Shown: positions 36,297 through 48,591, numbered from the stretch's first letter. The stretch is DNA of 64,000 nt from a virus (IMGVR_UViG_3300037067_027643:221745-285744), one strand, 5' to 3'. A program made the numbers and translations. The notes: a model not told the origin generated them from the sequence alone.

Positions 36297-36953
36297 ATGA
36301 AAACAAAAATTTTAATTTTAACATTTTTAGTAGTAATTTTTACTACTTTTACAACAAAATCGCAAATAGTTCATGATAGTTTAGTTCAGTTGAATCCTTG
36401 GACATTATACGATTCTGCTACAGTAGTAAACGATACAATTTATTTTAATAATCAATATTTTTATTATGCAGAAGCTGTTAGCACTCCATTTACTTTTGAA
36501 AATAATTTAGATTCTTTAACGATCAATTTTTCAATTTGTGGACACAAATATCCAAACTCACCAAATACATTTAATTATCTATTAATGGGTAATATTAGTC
36601 CATTTACACATTATTCATTTGAAACTATAGAAGTAACAGATAACCCAATTCATCATCATATTAATGTAAATTTAACAGGCATTAATATATCTTCAATTCC
36701 TTTAATTTTAGATCTAGATGCATTAGCAAATTATGAATTTATAAAAATTTTTAATATCGAAATTCATGGATTTTATACAATTAATAATAGTTCAATTACA
36801 GAATATACACTTAATAGTAATAACCCAAATAAAAAATTAGTAAAAGTTTATAATTTAAATGGTCAAGAAGTACCATATTCAACAAATTTATCTGGTATTT
36901 ATATTTTTGTTTATGATGATCATTCTATAACAAAAACTTGTATAATTAAATAG
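36297..36953 (+). CDS. secreted protein with T9SS type-A-like C-terminal sorting domain
   Basis: Signal peptide ending TKS|Q; C-terminus SITEY..KKLVKVYNLNGQEV..LSGIYIFVY..TKTCIIK. Confidence 0.7.
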   Translation: MKTKILILTFLVVIFTTFTTKSQIVHDSLVQLNPWTLYDSATVVNDTIYFNNQYFYYAEAVSTPFTFENNLDSLTINFSICGHKYPNSPNTFNYLLMGNISPFTHYSFETIEVTDNPIHHHINVNLTGINISSIPLILDLDALANYEFIKIFNIEIHGFYTINNSSITEYTLNSNNPNKKLVKVYNLNGQEVPYSTNLSGIYIFVYDDHSITKTCIIK

Positions 36954-36973
36954 ATATTAAAATAAAATCACAT

Positions 36974-37003
36974 AAAAAAGGAACTAATATTAGTTCCTTT
37001 TTT
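36974..37003. terminator. bidirectional intrinsic terminator
   Basis: AAAAAAGGAACTAATATTAGTTCCTTTTTT perfect dyad between convergent genes. Confidence 0.85.
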
Positions 37004-37010
37004 GTTATAT

Positions 37011-40000
37011 CTATCTTTCGGGTAGGGGCTGGGGTTGCTGATCAATTGTACGAAACTTAGCTGGATTACTATCCCTATCAAATATGCAACGACTAAATAA
37101 AAATCTTGGGTTAGTTATGTTTTTATATTTTATTTTACACATATATTGAATCATCATTCCAGAAATTAAATTATTCAAAGAAATATGTTGATTTGTATAT
37201 ATCATATTAGTATTGGAACCAATTGATATTACTTGATCTGATAAAGTATTTGTTGTTATTGAAACTGCGGTTTCTGTTGCCATGCTCTGGTATGCACAAG
37301 AATAAGATTGGTCTGTAATAGTAATTGTTCTTGGTGTTATTCCACTATCATAAGCAAAAAAATGAAAAAGACTAGCCGATGTATTTATAATAAATTCGGG
37401 AACTTGTATAGTAAACCCTATTGTACCATAAGTATAGCTATCAATTCCGTCAAAACTACCTGTTAACAATAATGAATTAAATCCATTCCAGAGTTCTGTT
37501 GTAGCACTTCCTGTTGTAGCATAACTTAATGTTAAATTATCAACACCAATAAATTCATTTCGTCTATTTCCGTAAAGATTTAATATATTTGCTGATTTAT
37601 AATTTACAATAAAATTTTCATAATTATCAGCTGCCATATTAGACCAACCATTTGTGCCTTTTGTAAAGGTATATCTGCTCCCTTTAGTACCAGTTAATAA
37701 AAAATCATAAGTATTTCCGGCAATGATCTTAGTATCTTTAAAACCGCTATAGCAATATGAACCAGAGAAATTACGAATTGCGTTTGATTCATTTAAATCT
37801 GATAATTGAGGATTTGCAATAAATCCGTATGAACTATAACTTTTATTATTATAATTAAGTAGATCTGTAAATAGAGATTCATAAGAATTCGGAGGATTAG
37901 GATCAGTGAATTCCAGCACAATATTTCCACCTATAGTATTATCTGCGTATCCATCTACTTTTGGAATAATTATGTGGCTAATAGGAAAATCACTAGTTTT
38001 GGAAATTTTAACATACATTGCGCTCTCTGATGCCTCTGTATTACTAAGATTTAAATACGAAAATGGTACTGATGCAGAATAATAATTCTTAAAAAAATCT
38101 AAAGAATTTTGTGTTGTAATTTCAATTACTCGACTTCCAATATAGTCAGCTATTGCGTATGACTCAAATGTGGCTGATGTGGATTTTATGCTTCCTGTGA
38201 TTTCAAGTACACCTGTAGTAGTTGAGAATCTTAATGATGCTGGTTTCTTTCTAGTCAATGGATTGTAAGCCGACTGAAGCTCAATTCCTACTCCATCATA
38301 CGAACTAGATATACCAGACCCTGTTTCTATCAATGAAAATGACCCAGACCAAAGAATAAATCCTGGAATTCCGTTTACAGATTGATTTGTAGCAAAATTT
38401 CTTCCTAAATAATTTGAACTTTGTACTATACCAGAGTGAGCTCCCGAAATTTTTAAACCGTTACCAAGTTTAGTATTTACAAACATACTACCTGTCAGTA
38501 AATTATTTTCACCTTGAATAAATTCAGACCGCCCATTCATCATAATTATGTTCTCAATATAAAATACCTGATTGGCCAGTTTGCCTTCAAAATCGAAAAT
38601 CTCTAGTCGTATGCTAATTTTGTCATTATCCCAGTCAGGAGCAACAGGAACCAATATCTTAGTTTGTCTTGGATTATACCCAGGTTCTTGTACCGCTTTT
38701 ACTTTGATGTTAGCAATCTTCCAAATTCCGTTGTTGATATAAAAATGGAATATACCGTTGCCAGTTGTATTAGGTGTTATGTCAAATGTCAAATTTCTGT
38801 ATTGTAATGTTTTATTAAAATCTTTCTGAACCACCGTTCCTATGTATGTACCATCATAATGATTATCAATTCTATCGTTGTAAAATCCACTACCGGAGCA
38901 AATAATTACCATCTTAGTATCAGATGAAGTTGTTGGTTGACAAAATACATCAAAGCTAATCTGATATAAGTTGTCTTTGTAGAACTGACAGGCACTTTCT
39001 GATATATGACTTAATACAAGTTCGGTTCCAAGGCTAGCAGAGAAGTAGCAAGAATCAAGTAGGTTAGTGCTATCAGTAATAATATTATAATAAGTTGGTG
39101 ATGCTTTAGTGTTAGTTGATAGTCGCCAGTAAGCATTTAGAAATTCATTGTTTTTAAAATCTCCAACGCTTTCATTTAAGTCTATACTACTAGTGCTTAA
39201 TAAGATGTTGTTAGATGATAATACAATATTAGCAGTAGGGATGTAATCTCCGTTTTCTGTTATTGATTTAACTGATGGGAGAATTCGATAAACACATCCG
39301 CTAAGTGGCTCCAGATTATTTATCGTCAGCTCGACATAATTTTTATAGGCCTCACTTTCGACAGCATAGCGGTTGCTCTTATATTCTGCACTGAATATAC
39401 TGTCTTCAAAGCTACTAAATGAATGAGAGCTATTATTAATTGTGTCTTTTACTATATATGGCCTATCCACAAATACTTCTGTATTGCTTAATACCTTAAT
39501 TATTACTGGAGTGTAAGGTTCTGGTATGTATGTTTGTGTTAATACTGTAACATCACTTTCGGTTCCACTTCCACCAGCGTTTGTCAACCTATTATCTGAT
39601 AATTTTGGTGCAGGTTCTAATGGCAAAGGTATATTTAGTCGTCCTCCTTCCATATCCTTGGTAAATTGGAACTGTCTATTTGCTGTTCTATAGGATAGGT
39701 TGATAAAAGGCATAGAGCTGTTATCACAGGTTACATTGTTCTTTGCTATTACATTGTTTTGAGATGGTGTGGTTTTGCTATTATATACATAACTGGTATC
39801 TGGTTGTTCACTATTAATTACATTTAATATATTATTACCTACGTTGCTATCTATTCCAAATGATTGTTTGGTGTATTGAGCTTGATAATCAGTATAGTTT
39901 ATTGCTTGGGTTCTTGTATTTTGACTGTTTTTATATCTTATAGCGTATAGTGAACTGGTTGGCATGTAAGTTATATCATCACTTACTATTAGGTTTGGAT

Positions 40001-40559
40001 TGGTGATACTTCCACTTGTATATAAATATTTATTTTGTTTTTTGAATATTTCTCGTACTGTAAATGTTGGACTTGTTTTAAAAGCGATTTCTGTATTGTT
40101 TCTTTTTAATGGATCTACTAATAGACTGGTTGTCCATCTTATGTTATATCGATCTTGCCATTCTTGTGGTATTGGTTTTGTTGTGCCATCTCGGTATATT
40201 ATCTTATTAGCTACTCCTACAAATGAAAATGAAGCATATCCTAAGGATGTTTCTGGATAGATGTATATTACAGCAAACTGATTGTTGTTTCTATCTACAT
40301 AGTCATCAATTATTTCTGAATATATTACATTATTATTGCTATCAAGTGCTTCAAATATAACTGTTGAATTGGTTTTTAGGTTATTTATGTTTAGATTGAA
40401 TTTAAATAAGTTTTTACCTGATGTTAATTGGGTTGGAATATAAGTAAGTCCGAAATAGTTATCAGAAAATTGAGAGGTATCTTCAACTAAGATATCATAT
40501 TTATTAATCCCTATTAACTGTCTGGTTTTATGTGTGGTTGTATTTTTTTGAGAAATCAT
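37011..40559 (-). CDS. large putative virion structural (tail/baseplate-associated) protein, 1182 aa
   Basis: Size; beta-rich S/T/G/N composition (many TGS/SGS/SAS motifs); different base composition and strand from the early genes. Confidence 0.55.
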   Translation of the reverse strand: MISQKNTTTHKTRQLIGINKYDILVEDTSQFSDNYFGLTYIPTQLTSGKNLFKFNLNINNLKTNSTVIFEALDSNNNVIYSEIIDDYVDRNNNQFAVIYIYPETSLGYASFSFVGVANKIIYRDGTTKPIPQEWQDRYNIRWTTSLLVDPLKRNNTEIAFKTSPTFTVREIFKKQNKYLYTSGSITNPNLIVSDDITYMPTSSLYAIRYKNSQNTRTQAINYTDYQAQYTKQSFGIDSNVGNNILNVINSEQPDTSYVYNSKTTPSQNNVIAKNNVTCDNSSMPFINLSYRTANRQFQFTKDMEGGRLNIPLPLEPAPKLSDNRLTNAGGSGTESDVTVLTQTYIPEPYTPVIIKVLSNTEVFVDRPYIVKDTINNSSHSFSSFEDSIFSAEYKSNRYAVESEAYKNYVELTINNLEPLSGCVYRILPSVKSITENGDYIPTANIVLSSNNILLSTSSIDLNESVGDFKNNEFLNAYWRLSTNTKASPTYYNIITDSTNLLDSCYFSASLGTELVLSHISESACQFYKDNLYQISFDVFCQPTTSSDTKMVIICSGSGFYNDRIDNHYDGTYIGTVVQKDFNKTLQYRNLTFDITPNTTGNGIFHFYINNGIWKIANIKVKAVQEPGYNPRQTKILVPVAPDWDNDKISIRLEIFDFEGKLANQVFYIENIIMMNGRSEFIQGENNLLTGSMFVNTKLGNGLKISGAHSGIVQSSNYLGRNFATNQSVNGIPGFILWSGSFSLIETGSGISSSYDGVGIELQSAYNPLTRKKPASLRFSTTTGVLEITGSIKSTSATFESYAIADYIGSRVIEITTQNSLDFFKNYYSASVPFSYLNLSNTEASESAMYVKISKTSDFPISHIIIPKVDGYADNTIGGNIVLEFTDPNPPNSYESLFTDLLNYNNKSYSSYGFIANPQLSDLNESNAIRNFSGSYCYSGFKDTKIIAGNTYDFLLTGTKGSRYTFTKGTNGWSNMAADNYENFIVNYKSANILNLYGNRRNEFIGVDNLTLSYATTGSATTELWNGFNSLLLTGSFDGIDSYTYGTIGFTIQVPEFIINTSASLFHFFAYDSGITPRTITITDQSYSCAYQSMATETAVSITTNTLSDQVISIGSNTNMIYTNQHISLNNLISGMMIQYMCKIKYKNITNPRFLFSRCIFDRDSNPAKFRTIDQQPQPLPER

Positions 40560-40570
40560 TGTTAAAATTT

Positions 40571-40591
40571 GATTTATTTATATAAATAGTT
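40571..40591 (-). promoter_or_regulatory. candidate late promoter (ACTATTTATATAAATA)
   Basis: Upstream of the 1182-aa gene; related ACTACTTATA lies upstream of 36109; neither has the -33/-7 motif. Confidence 0.4.
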
Positions 40592-40611
40592 TAAAAATAT
40601 ATTAATTATTA

Positions 40612-41138
40612 TTTGGTAGTGTGAAATATTATTTGTATATTTGTAGTGTTAAATAATTAATTATATGAAAAATATATTATTTTGTAATAATGAAACTTGT
40701 AAATTAAAAGATAGCTGTTTTCGTTTTTTGAACGAGAATCCAAATAGTAAAAATTTATTTAATTTAAAAAAAGACATTTGTAATAATTATATAAAATGGA
40801 ATAAAGATGGTTGGGATATTAATGTATTAGTTGATTCTATAATAAAATTCAAATAAATTTGGTTAATTCAAAAATTATTATTACTTTTGTATCGTTAAAT
40901 AATTAAAACAATAAACAATATGAAAACATTTAAAGTAAAATTTATAAATCCAAATACTAATAAAGAAGAATACAGATTTTTAGACATCTTTATCAATAAT
41001 GATTATGATGTAGAATTACAAGTAAAAACGGTATTTGAAACTAGAATTGCTTCTTTAGAAACATTTATTTCTTACAAAGAAATAAAATATACATATAAAA
41101 AATAAATTTGGTTATATCAAAAATAATAATTACTTTTG
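40612..41138 (+). promoter_or_regulatory. three tandem Bacteroidota-type promoters (40612-40643, 40858-40889, 41107-41138)
   Basis: Each is TTTG-N20-TAnnTTTG and precedes one small ORF. Confidence 0.85.
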
Positions 41139-44100
41139 TAGCGTTAAAATTTTAAATATATGAAAATTACAACAGAACAATTAAATGAATATTATATGTT
41201 AAAATCTAAAAAAGATATTTGGTTTAAGTATTTAACAGATAATAAAAAACATTGGCCAAATGGATTTACTCTTAAAAGACTTGAAAAGGTTAAATCATTT
41301 GTATTAACAGATAAAGATATTATGTTTGATTTAATGGAAAGACATAGTGGAAATGAACTTACTCCAGAAGAAATGAAAGAAGATGATGTTGAAAATTTTA
41401 ATCATTGTATAAGTAATTTCGCTATTAATATATTGTATAAAATGAGAGAATTAAATATTATTAAATAAACTTAAAATATGAAAACAAACATTCATTTTTA
41501 TCTAAATGATAAAGACAGTACACAATTAGTAAATATCTATAATGCTACATTTAATCCATTTAATGTAGGTGATAAAGTATGGTTTGATGTAATAGAACTA
41601 TATCCAAAATCAATAAATGAATTATCCAAACAATGGAAACCAGATTTTGTAGAAAGTTATGTTAATGATATAGAAGAAAGATCCAAAAAATTTAAAAACT
41701 ATAGATTTAAAATTGTTTCTGGTAGTAAATTTATTAAAGATGATCGTAATCATGATGATAATATTTTATTAGAAATAGAATATCATTGTAAATATTGTCA
41801 AAAGTTTTATTGGAAATGGTGGTATATTAAATATTATATTAAAAAATTGTTTAACATTAAAACTAAATAAAACAATGAACAGACAACTATTTTATCAAAT
41901 GGAAATCTCTAGAGCAATTAATCAAGTTGTAGATGATTTATTTCCAAAAAATAATCCAAATGAAGTACTACAAGTCAATATTAATTTGTGTGCTTATAAA
42001 TTTACAGAAGATGGTAAAAATGAAAAACATGCAATAAAATCATTTTATCTATTTTTCTATCGTTCATCAACATATACATTTATAGGTTGTTTTGATCCAA
42101 AGAATGAAATTATTTATAATTTTGATAAAGCTAATATTGAATATATTTCTTATCATGATAGTTGTTGGAGAGATGGAACTGATAGAGCTATAAAAGATTT
42201 TGTAGATGAACTAATAAATCAGTTTGATAAGAATGATAATGTATTCGTTTTTAATACTTTTGGAATGGATGGTTTTAAAAAACTTAAAGCTACTATTAAT
42301 ATGAATAGCGACAAAAGAACAGCAATTTTAAATTTAATTAAGTAAATAACATGACACTATTTGAATATTCTGATTTTTTAGATGAAATGATTGATAATTA
42401 TATTAAATATAATAAAGTAGTTATCGATATGATAAATAACTGTAAGGAAAGAATGAAGATTAAACAATAATGAAAACAACGATTAATTACATAGCTATAT
42501 CCAAAAATAAATCATTAAAATTTGATAAAATTGATTACATTATTAATTATGATGGAAGTGGGAATAGTTTAATAACAGGTAAGAAATTGTGTTATGGTTA
42601 TTTAACCAATAGTACAATATTAGGAGCTAAAAGAGGTTGGTTTGTTACTACATTTTCAATGACAAATGATGATTTCTGTAATCGATATGATTTTGTAGAA
42701 GGTTGTTTAAATATTAAAATAAATTTGGTAAAATGAAAAAGATTTATTAATTTTGTATTATGATTTTAAATAAAACAGATATTACACGTCTTAAAAAAGC
42801 TTTGGATAAAGCTACTAGATTAGAAAGAGAATCACAACTAGCTGCCCAAAATATTGCTACTATAATTGAAGAAATTACTGGTATAGAAGGTAATATTGAT
42901 CATTTTCTGGATGATGGATTTGGTTTTACACCATTATCTGATAATGATACTCATGTTTCAATTGATTGGTTAATAGAAAAAGCAACAAATGGGACAGATA
43001 TAACAGAAAAATTTATTTTAGATAATTTATGTTTTTAAAAAAATAAATAATTATGTTTGATAATAGACAAAAATACATAAGATTTGGAGAATATAATTCA
43101 TTTTTATTCTTTCCAACAATAATAGATCATAAAGTATTTAAACATTTAAATCCAATATCAGCTGGGTTTTGTTATTTAGATCAAGTAAATGTCGTTTATT
43201 GTTTTGGTGAATCCGTTTCTCTTGAGTTACAATCGATGGAAGATGATACTAAATTGGCGACAAAACAAGTTTATGGTATAGATGCAATGTTAAATTTAAA
43301 ATAATATAATGGAAACAACAAAACCAAAAAGTGTAGAATGTCCTTATTGGATAGTTAATTCAAAGGAGGAAAAAGAAATAATACAAACATTAACTGGGTA
43401 TCATTGGCCAGAAATTGGGCATAAATTTCCTTATATTATAGGAAGAGAACCTATGTTTAGTTTTCAAGGATCAACAACACAAGAAATGAATGATTATTTG
43501 GATAAAGATGAAAATATAATTTATCATTATGTATTAAAAACAATTTAAGAAATAAAGTTATGGAAAAAGAATTTGATAAATGGTTAATAAAAAATATAGG
43601 AATACAAGATGCTTCTATATTTAGTAAAGGATCACAAGTAAGACAAGTTGCTATTGATTTTGCAAAATATAAATCAAACTATAACGAAAATTCAAATTTT
43701 ATTAAAGGACAATGTCATACTAACTTAGATGATTATGATTGTCTAAGTAGTCCAACAGTATTTGCAAGAGTCCCGAATGTAGGAGAAAGAGTAGCATGCA
43801 GATATAAAGGAAATGTTAGTAGTTTAAAAATTTGTCAGATTACACATGATGTAAAGGACAATAAACCGTTTATTATAGTAGAATTAACTAAAGATGTATT
43901 TAAATTATGAAAACTTATTTAGAATCCTCTGTATTTTATGAAGATGAATATTTAAACTTACCAATATTTGATTCTAATACTGGTATGGATTATGAATGGT
44001 ATGAAGATAATAATACTAAACATTGTAAGGTTATTAATGATAATAAACCAAGAATAGTTACATTAGAAATAACTTCTTGGTGTGGTGTAAGTCCAGATGC

Positions 44101-45527
44101 AATTCATGTTTATGGTAAATTAATAGTACATGATTTATATTATAGTATTAATGGTAAAAGTTCTTGTTCTTCTACAAATCAACCAGAAATAACACAAGGT
44201 TTTGAAATAGAAATACGAAGAAAATTAACACAGGAAGAAATTGATAGTGATCCAGATAGATTTGCTGGATGGAGAGCTGGTAATTATATTACTAATTTTT
44301 TAACAGAAAAGGAATTAATAAAAGTAGCTAAAAAGATATTTAAAGAAAAATTTGTAGGTAATTGGAAATTAAAAATTAAAAGATAATTATGAAAACAAAA
44401 AAGAAAAACATATTTCAGAAATTAATCTGGAGACTACAGTTCAAAAAAGCCTTATTTATTCCAACAAAAAGAGATTATTTAGATTTAATGGAGGGAAGAT
44501 GTACTAATTGTGATGCCGGAAATCCAAGAGTAGAATGTAGTGAATATTATTGTCCTTGTAATGAGAATGAACAATTAAAAAGAAAGAAATCTTTAAAATA
44601 ACTAATATGACAGATATAAATGATCCAGATATCAGAAAATTAATCAAAATTGTTAATCGTCTTAAAAAAAGAAAAATATTTATTACTACAATAGGCAATA
44701 CTAACAATGATCCAGTATTAATAAATTATAATTTACCAGAAACAGAAGATGATAATGATAGAGTAATATGTATTCTTTAAATTTTATTATATGAACAACA
44801 ACGAAAATTATCTAATTAGAAAACATAAATTAAATGGAATATATTGCTATGATATAGAACAAGAAAATTTAATATATTCTGATTGCTCTCCAACTCATCA
44901 TGGTTTGCAATGTAGTTATGTAAGTGGAACAGAAGAATATGAAAAGATATTTAAACTATGTGATCAGCTAAATGATATAATTAGAGAAATAGATGAACTA
45001 AATAATCCAAAGCAAAATGAAAAAATTGATTGAACATGAGTTATTATCATTTGGATTTTTACCTTTATTATTAGTAATTGAACTTTTAATAAGTAAAGAA
45101 AAATATGAAATATGTTCAATTATATCAGAAGTTTTAAATGAACAATCAAATAAATACAATTTAAAATTTCCAACTAAATATAATGAAGAAGCTATAGAAG
45201 AAATGAAATATTGTTTTATGAAACATCATAATCTTTCTGGTGATATAACAGAAAAGAATCATATTATATATGCAAAAGAAATATTAAATAAAATTGAAAA
45301 TTATGAAAACATTTAAAGAAACAATAGAAGTTGATGTAATTCCAACAATTAAAACGATGATAGAAAAAGAGGAAGAACATTTAGCTTATTGTTTAAAATC
45401 AAAACAAGAAAATCCAACTTTTAAACATATTGATAAATTTATAAGGAATTCAAAATTTTATTTAAAACATTATAAAACAAGATTACAGGAATATATTGAT
45501 TATGCGAATACTATTAAAGAAGAATAA
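40665..45527 (+). other. cluster of small hypothetical genes
   Basis: Abutting ORFs; additional promoter at 42724-42755 (TTTG-N20-TAATTTTG). Confidence 0.65.
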
Positions 45528-45530
45528 TAT

Positions 45531-46271
45531 ATGACCATTTTAGAAAAAGCAAAACAACTATCAAATATTATAGTAGTAGGTGATACTCATGGTAAAATAA
45601 AAGAACTAGGTTATAATATCAGAGAAAGATATAAAATAACTGATAGTATTATATGTTTAGCTGGAGATATTGGATTAGGGTTTAATAAACCAATGTATCA
45701 TTTAAATGAATTTAAATATTTTAATGAAATAGCCAAAAAAACAAATAATGTAATTTTTGTAGTTCGCGGTAATCATGACGATCCAGAATATTTTAATGGG
45801 CAATGTTTTGAATATAGTAATGTTAAATTAGTTCCAGATTATTATTTTTTGGAAACACAGATATATGATATTTTATTTGTTGGTGGTGGAATTAGTATTG
45901 ATAGAACTTATAGGACATTAGGTTCTACTTATTGGATGAATGAATTTCCTGTATATCGAGAAGATAAACTAAAAATAATCGATAAACCAGATATTGTTAT
46001 TACTCATTCCGCTCCAACTTTTTGTCACCCAACAGATAAAATTGGATTGTTAGAATGGTCAAAACTTGATAAACAACTATTAGAGGATTGTGATAAGGAT
46101 AGAATGGTATTTACAAAAATATTTGACTATCTTAAAAACAATAATAAACAGCCTAAGCATTGGATCTATGGACATTTTCACATGTCATATAATCAATTAA
46201 TAGATGGAACACAATTTAAAGTTTTGAATGAATTGGAGATGTTTGAATTAAACAAAAGAAAAGATTTTTAA
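45531..46271 (+). CDS. calcineurin-like metallophosphoesterase
   Basis: GDTHG, GDIG, RGNHD, GGGISID, ITHSAP, YGHFH. Confidence 0.92.
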   Translation: MTILEKAKQLSNIIVVGDTHGKIKELGYNIRERYKITDSIICLAGDIGLGFNKPMYHLNEFKYFNEIAKKTNNVIFVVRGNHDDPEYFNGQCFEYSNVKLVPDYYFLETQIYDILFVGGGISIDRTYRTLGSTYWMNEFPVYREDKLKIIDKPDIVITHSAPTFCHPTDKIGLLEWSKLDKQLLEDCDKDRMVFTKIFDYLKNNNKQPKHWIYGHFHMSYNQLIDGTQFKVLNELEMFELNKRKDF

Positions 46272-46278
46272 AAATAAA

Positions 46279-46310
46279 TTTGGATAATTAAATTATTTTA
46301 CTTATTTTTG
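46279..46310 (+). promoter_or_regulatory. Bacteroidota-type -33/-7 promoter
   Basis: TTTG-N20-TATTTTTG. Confidence 0.75.
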
Positions 46311-46653
46311 TAATTAAATTTGAAAATAATATGGAAACAACAATTAAAAACTTCTGTTATCTCGCTTTTGATTCTGAATATAGCATTTGGGATCTTAGTG
46401 AAGTTGATAAATCAGATAGAACAATTGATATTAATGTTAATGAACTAGCAGTTAATGAAAAATTGTTAGATCTGTTAAAATTAGAATCATTATATTCAAA
46501 TCGTCCAAATGCAGTAAATTTCTTTTGTTGTTATTTATCAGCATTTGGAAAGGATAATTCCGAAAAATATGACAAACTTATTACCAATTCTATATTAAGG
46601 ATATTAGTTGTTAATGAAGAACTTTTAAAAGAAATTAAAAAAGTAATATAAAT

Positions 46654-48591
46654 ATGGATAAAGAACAAAGAATTAGCGAACTTGTAAATATATTAATAGA
46701 AACAAACGAATCCTATCGTTTAGGTACTCCATTAATAAGTGATAAAGAATATGATTTGTTAATAGACGAATTAACAGAACTAGATCCCGAAAATCCGTTT
46801 TTAAATAAAGTAGGAATAGAACTACCAAACAATGATAGTCGTAAAGAAAAACTACCTGTTAAATTAGGTAGTATGAATAAAGTTAAAACCGTAGCAGAAA
46901 TTCATAAATGGTGTCGATCAAAAAATATTCCATTAGATGAATATGTAGTATTAACTGCTAAATTAGATGGTCTTACATTAGAAACATTTGGTATAAATGG
47001 AAATGCTTGGACTAGAGGAGATGGAGAATTTGGACAAAACAGCAAAAAACATTATGAACAGATAAAAATAAATAATGATAAACATGTTTATCCAGATGGA
47101 GATGAAAACAGATATACTATTGGAGAAGTAATTATATCAAAAAAAGTATTTGAAGAAAAATATAAAGATCAGTTTGAAAATCCAAGAAATGCTGTAAGTG
47201 GATTATTAAATTCTGACTATGATCCTAAATTAAATGAAAGATTATTAGATTGTAGTTATATAAGATATAATTTAGTTGATACTGATATTCCTAATGATTA
47301 CAGTAAAGCTAATATGATTGGTATTTTAAATGAAGATTATAATACAGTAAAAATTCCATGTAAAGTATTAAGAATTAATGAACTTACAGAAGAACTATTA
47401 TTAGATCTATTTACTAAGTGGAGTACAGAATATGAAATTGATGGAATTGTAATTGAAGTAAATGATTGTGAATTAAGACAAAAACTAGGACTGGAAACCA
47501 ATTCATTAAATCCAGCTTACGCAAGGGCTTACAAAGGAAATTTTGAAGAAGTAGGCGAAACAAAAGTATTAGCAATTAAAGAAGATATTTCAAAACAAGG
47601 ACATGACGTTCCAGTAGCAGTATTAGAACCAATTAGTTTAAATGGAGTCACTATTACAAATGTTACCTGTAACAATATGAAACAGATACTTGATATGGGT
47701 ATAAATATCGGATGTACTGTAAAAATAAAAAGAAGTGGAATGGTTATACCTTTTATTATTGAAGTTACTAAACCAAATGGAACATATCAATTACCAACAC
47801 GTTGTCCTTCTTGTGGATCAGAATTAACTTGGAATGAAAATAATGTACATTTAGTTTGTAATAATTCCAATTGCAAAGAAAAGCAAATTAAACAGATTAT
47901 ATCATTTTTTAGTATTTTAGATGTAGATGGACTGAGAGAAGCAACATGTAGACTATTATACGAATGCGGATTTGATACCGTTAAGAAAATATTATTAATG
48001 ACTAAAGAAGATTTCTTATCACTTCCAAGTTTTGCAGAAAAGAAAAGTGAAACATTATATAATGAAATTCAAAAGAAAATCTCAAACGTTGAATTAGGTG
48101 TTTTAATGCACGCTACATCAATATTTAAAAGTCTTGGTAGTAGAAAGTTATTAGAGTTAACTAAACAGTTTAAAAACAATAAACCCTCAGTAAATGAAGT
48201 TAAACAGGTAGAAGGATTTTCTGATATCACTGCAAATGAATATGTAAATAATTTTGATCGAGTAATGGAGTTTATTAATGACTTACCATTAAAATATAAA
48301 GAAATAAATAATAATATTAATCATTTAAATAATAACAATATGGAAACAAATAGTAGTGTATTAAAAGATCAAGTATTTGTGTTTACTGGAATTCGTAGAG
48401 CAGACTTAGAAGATGTAATTAAATTAAATGGCGGAGAAGTAGGAAGTGGAGTAACAAAGAAAACTACATGTTTAGTAATGAAATTATTAGGTAGCGGTAG
48501 TTCAAAAGAAAAGAAAGCTCAAGAAATGGGAATTGAAATATTAACTGTTGAACAGTTAGAAGAAAAATTCGAAAAATTAGGATTATTGTAA
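46654..48591 (+). CDS. ligA: NAD-dependent DNA ligase
   Basis: Y..G.PLISDKEYD (domain Ia), KLDG, TRGDG, NPRN, DGIV, OB fold, Zn finger CPSC..C..C, HhH region, C-terminal BRCT (VFTG..GVTKKT). Confidence 0.96.
   Translation: MDKEQRISELVNILIETNESYRLGTPLISDKEYDLLIDELTELDPENPFLNKVGIELPNNDSRKEKLPVKLGSMNKVKTVAEIHKWCRSKNIPLDEYVVLTAKLDGLTLETFGINGNAWTRGDGEFGQNSKKHYEQIKINNDKHVYPDGDENRYTIGEVIISKKVFEEKYKDQFENPRNAVSGLLNSDYDPKLNERLLDCSYIRYNLVDTDIPNDYSKANMIGILNEDYNTVKIPCKVLRINELTEELLLDLFTKWSTEYEIDGIVIEVNDCELRQKLGLETNSLNPAYARAYKGNFEEVGETKVLAIKEDISKQGHDVPVAVLEPISLNGVTITNVTCNNMKQILDMGINIGCTVKIKRSGMVIPFIIEVTKPNGTYQLPTRCPSCGSELTWNENNVHLVCNNSNCKEKQIKQIISFFSILDVDGLREATCRLLYECGFDTVKKILLMTKEDFLSLPSFAEKKSETLYNEIQKKISNVELGVLMHATSIFKSLGSRKLLELTKQFKNNKPSVNEVKQVEGFSDITANEYVNNFDRVMEFINDLPLKYKEINNNINHLNNNNMETNSSVLKDQVFVFTGIRRADLEDVIKLNGGEVGSGVTKKTTCLVMKLLGSGSSKEKKAQEMGIEILTVEQLEEKFEKLGLL

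Noticed and set aside
46331-46651. KLITNS string resembling the DLITNSS motif
   Set aside because: It is C-terminal, lacks SxVD and the second Ser, and is 20 kb from the cluster; probably coincidental.
46654-48591. Intein or intron in DNA ligase or other core genes
   Set aside because: Length and motif spacing are normal; no splice-junction or homing-endonuclease motifs seen.
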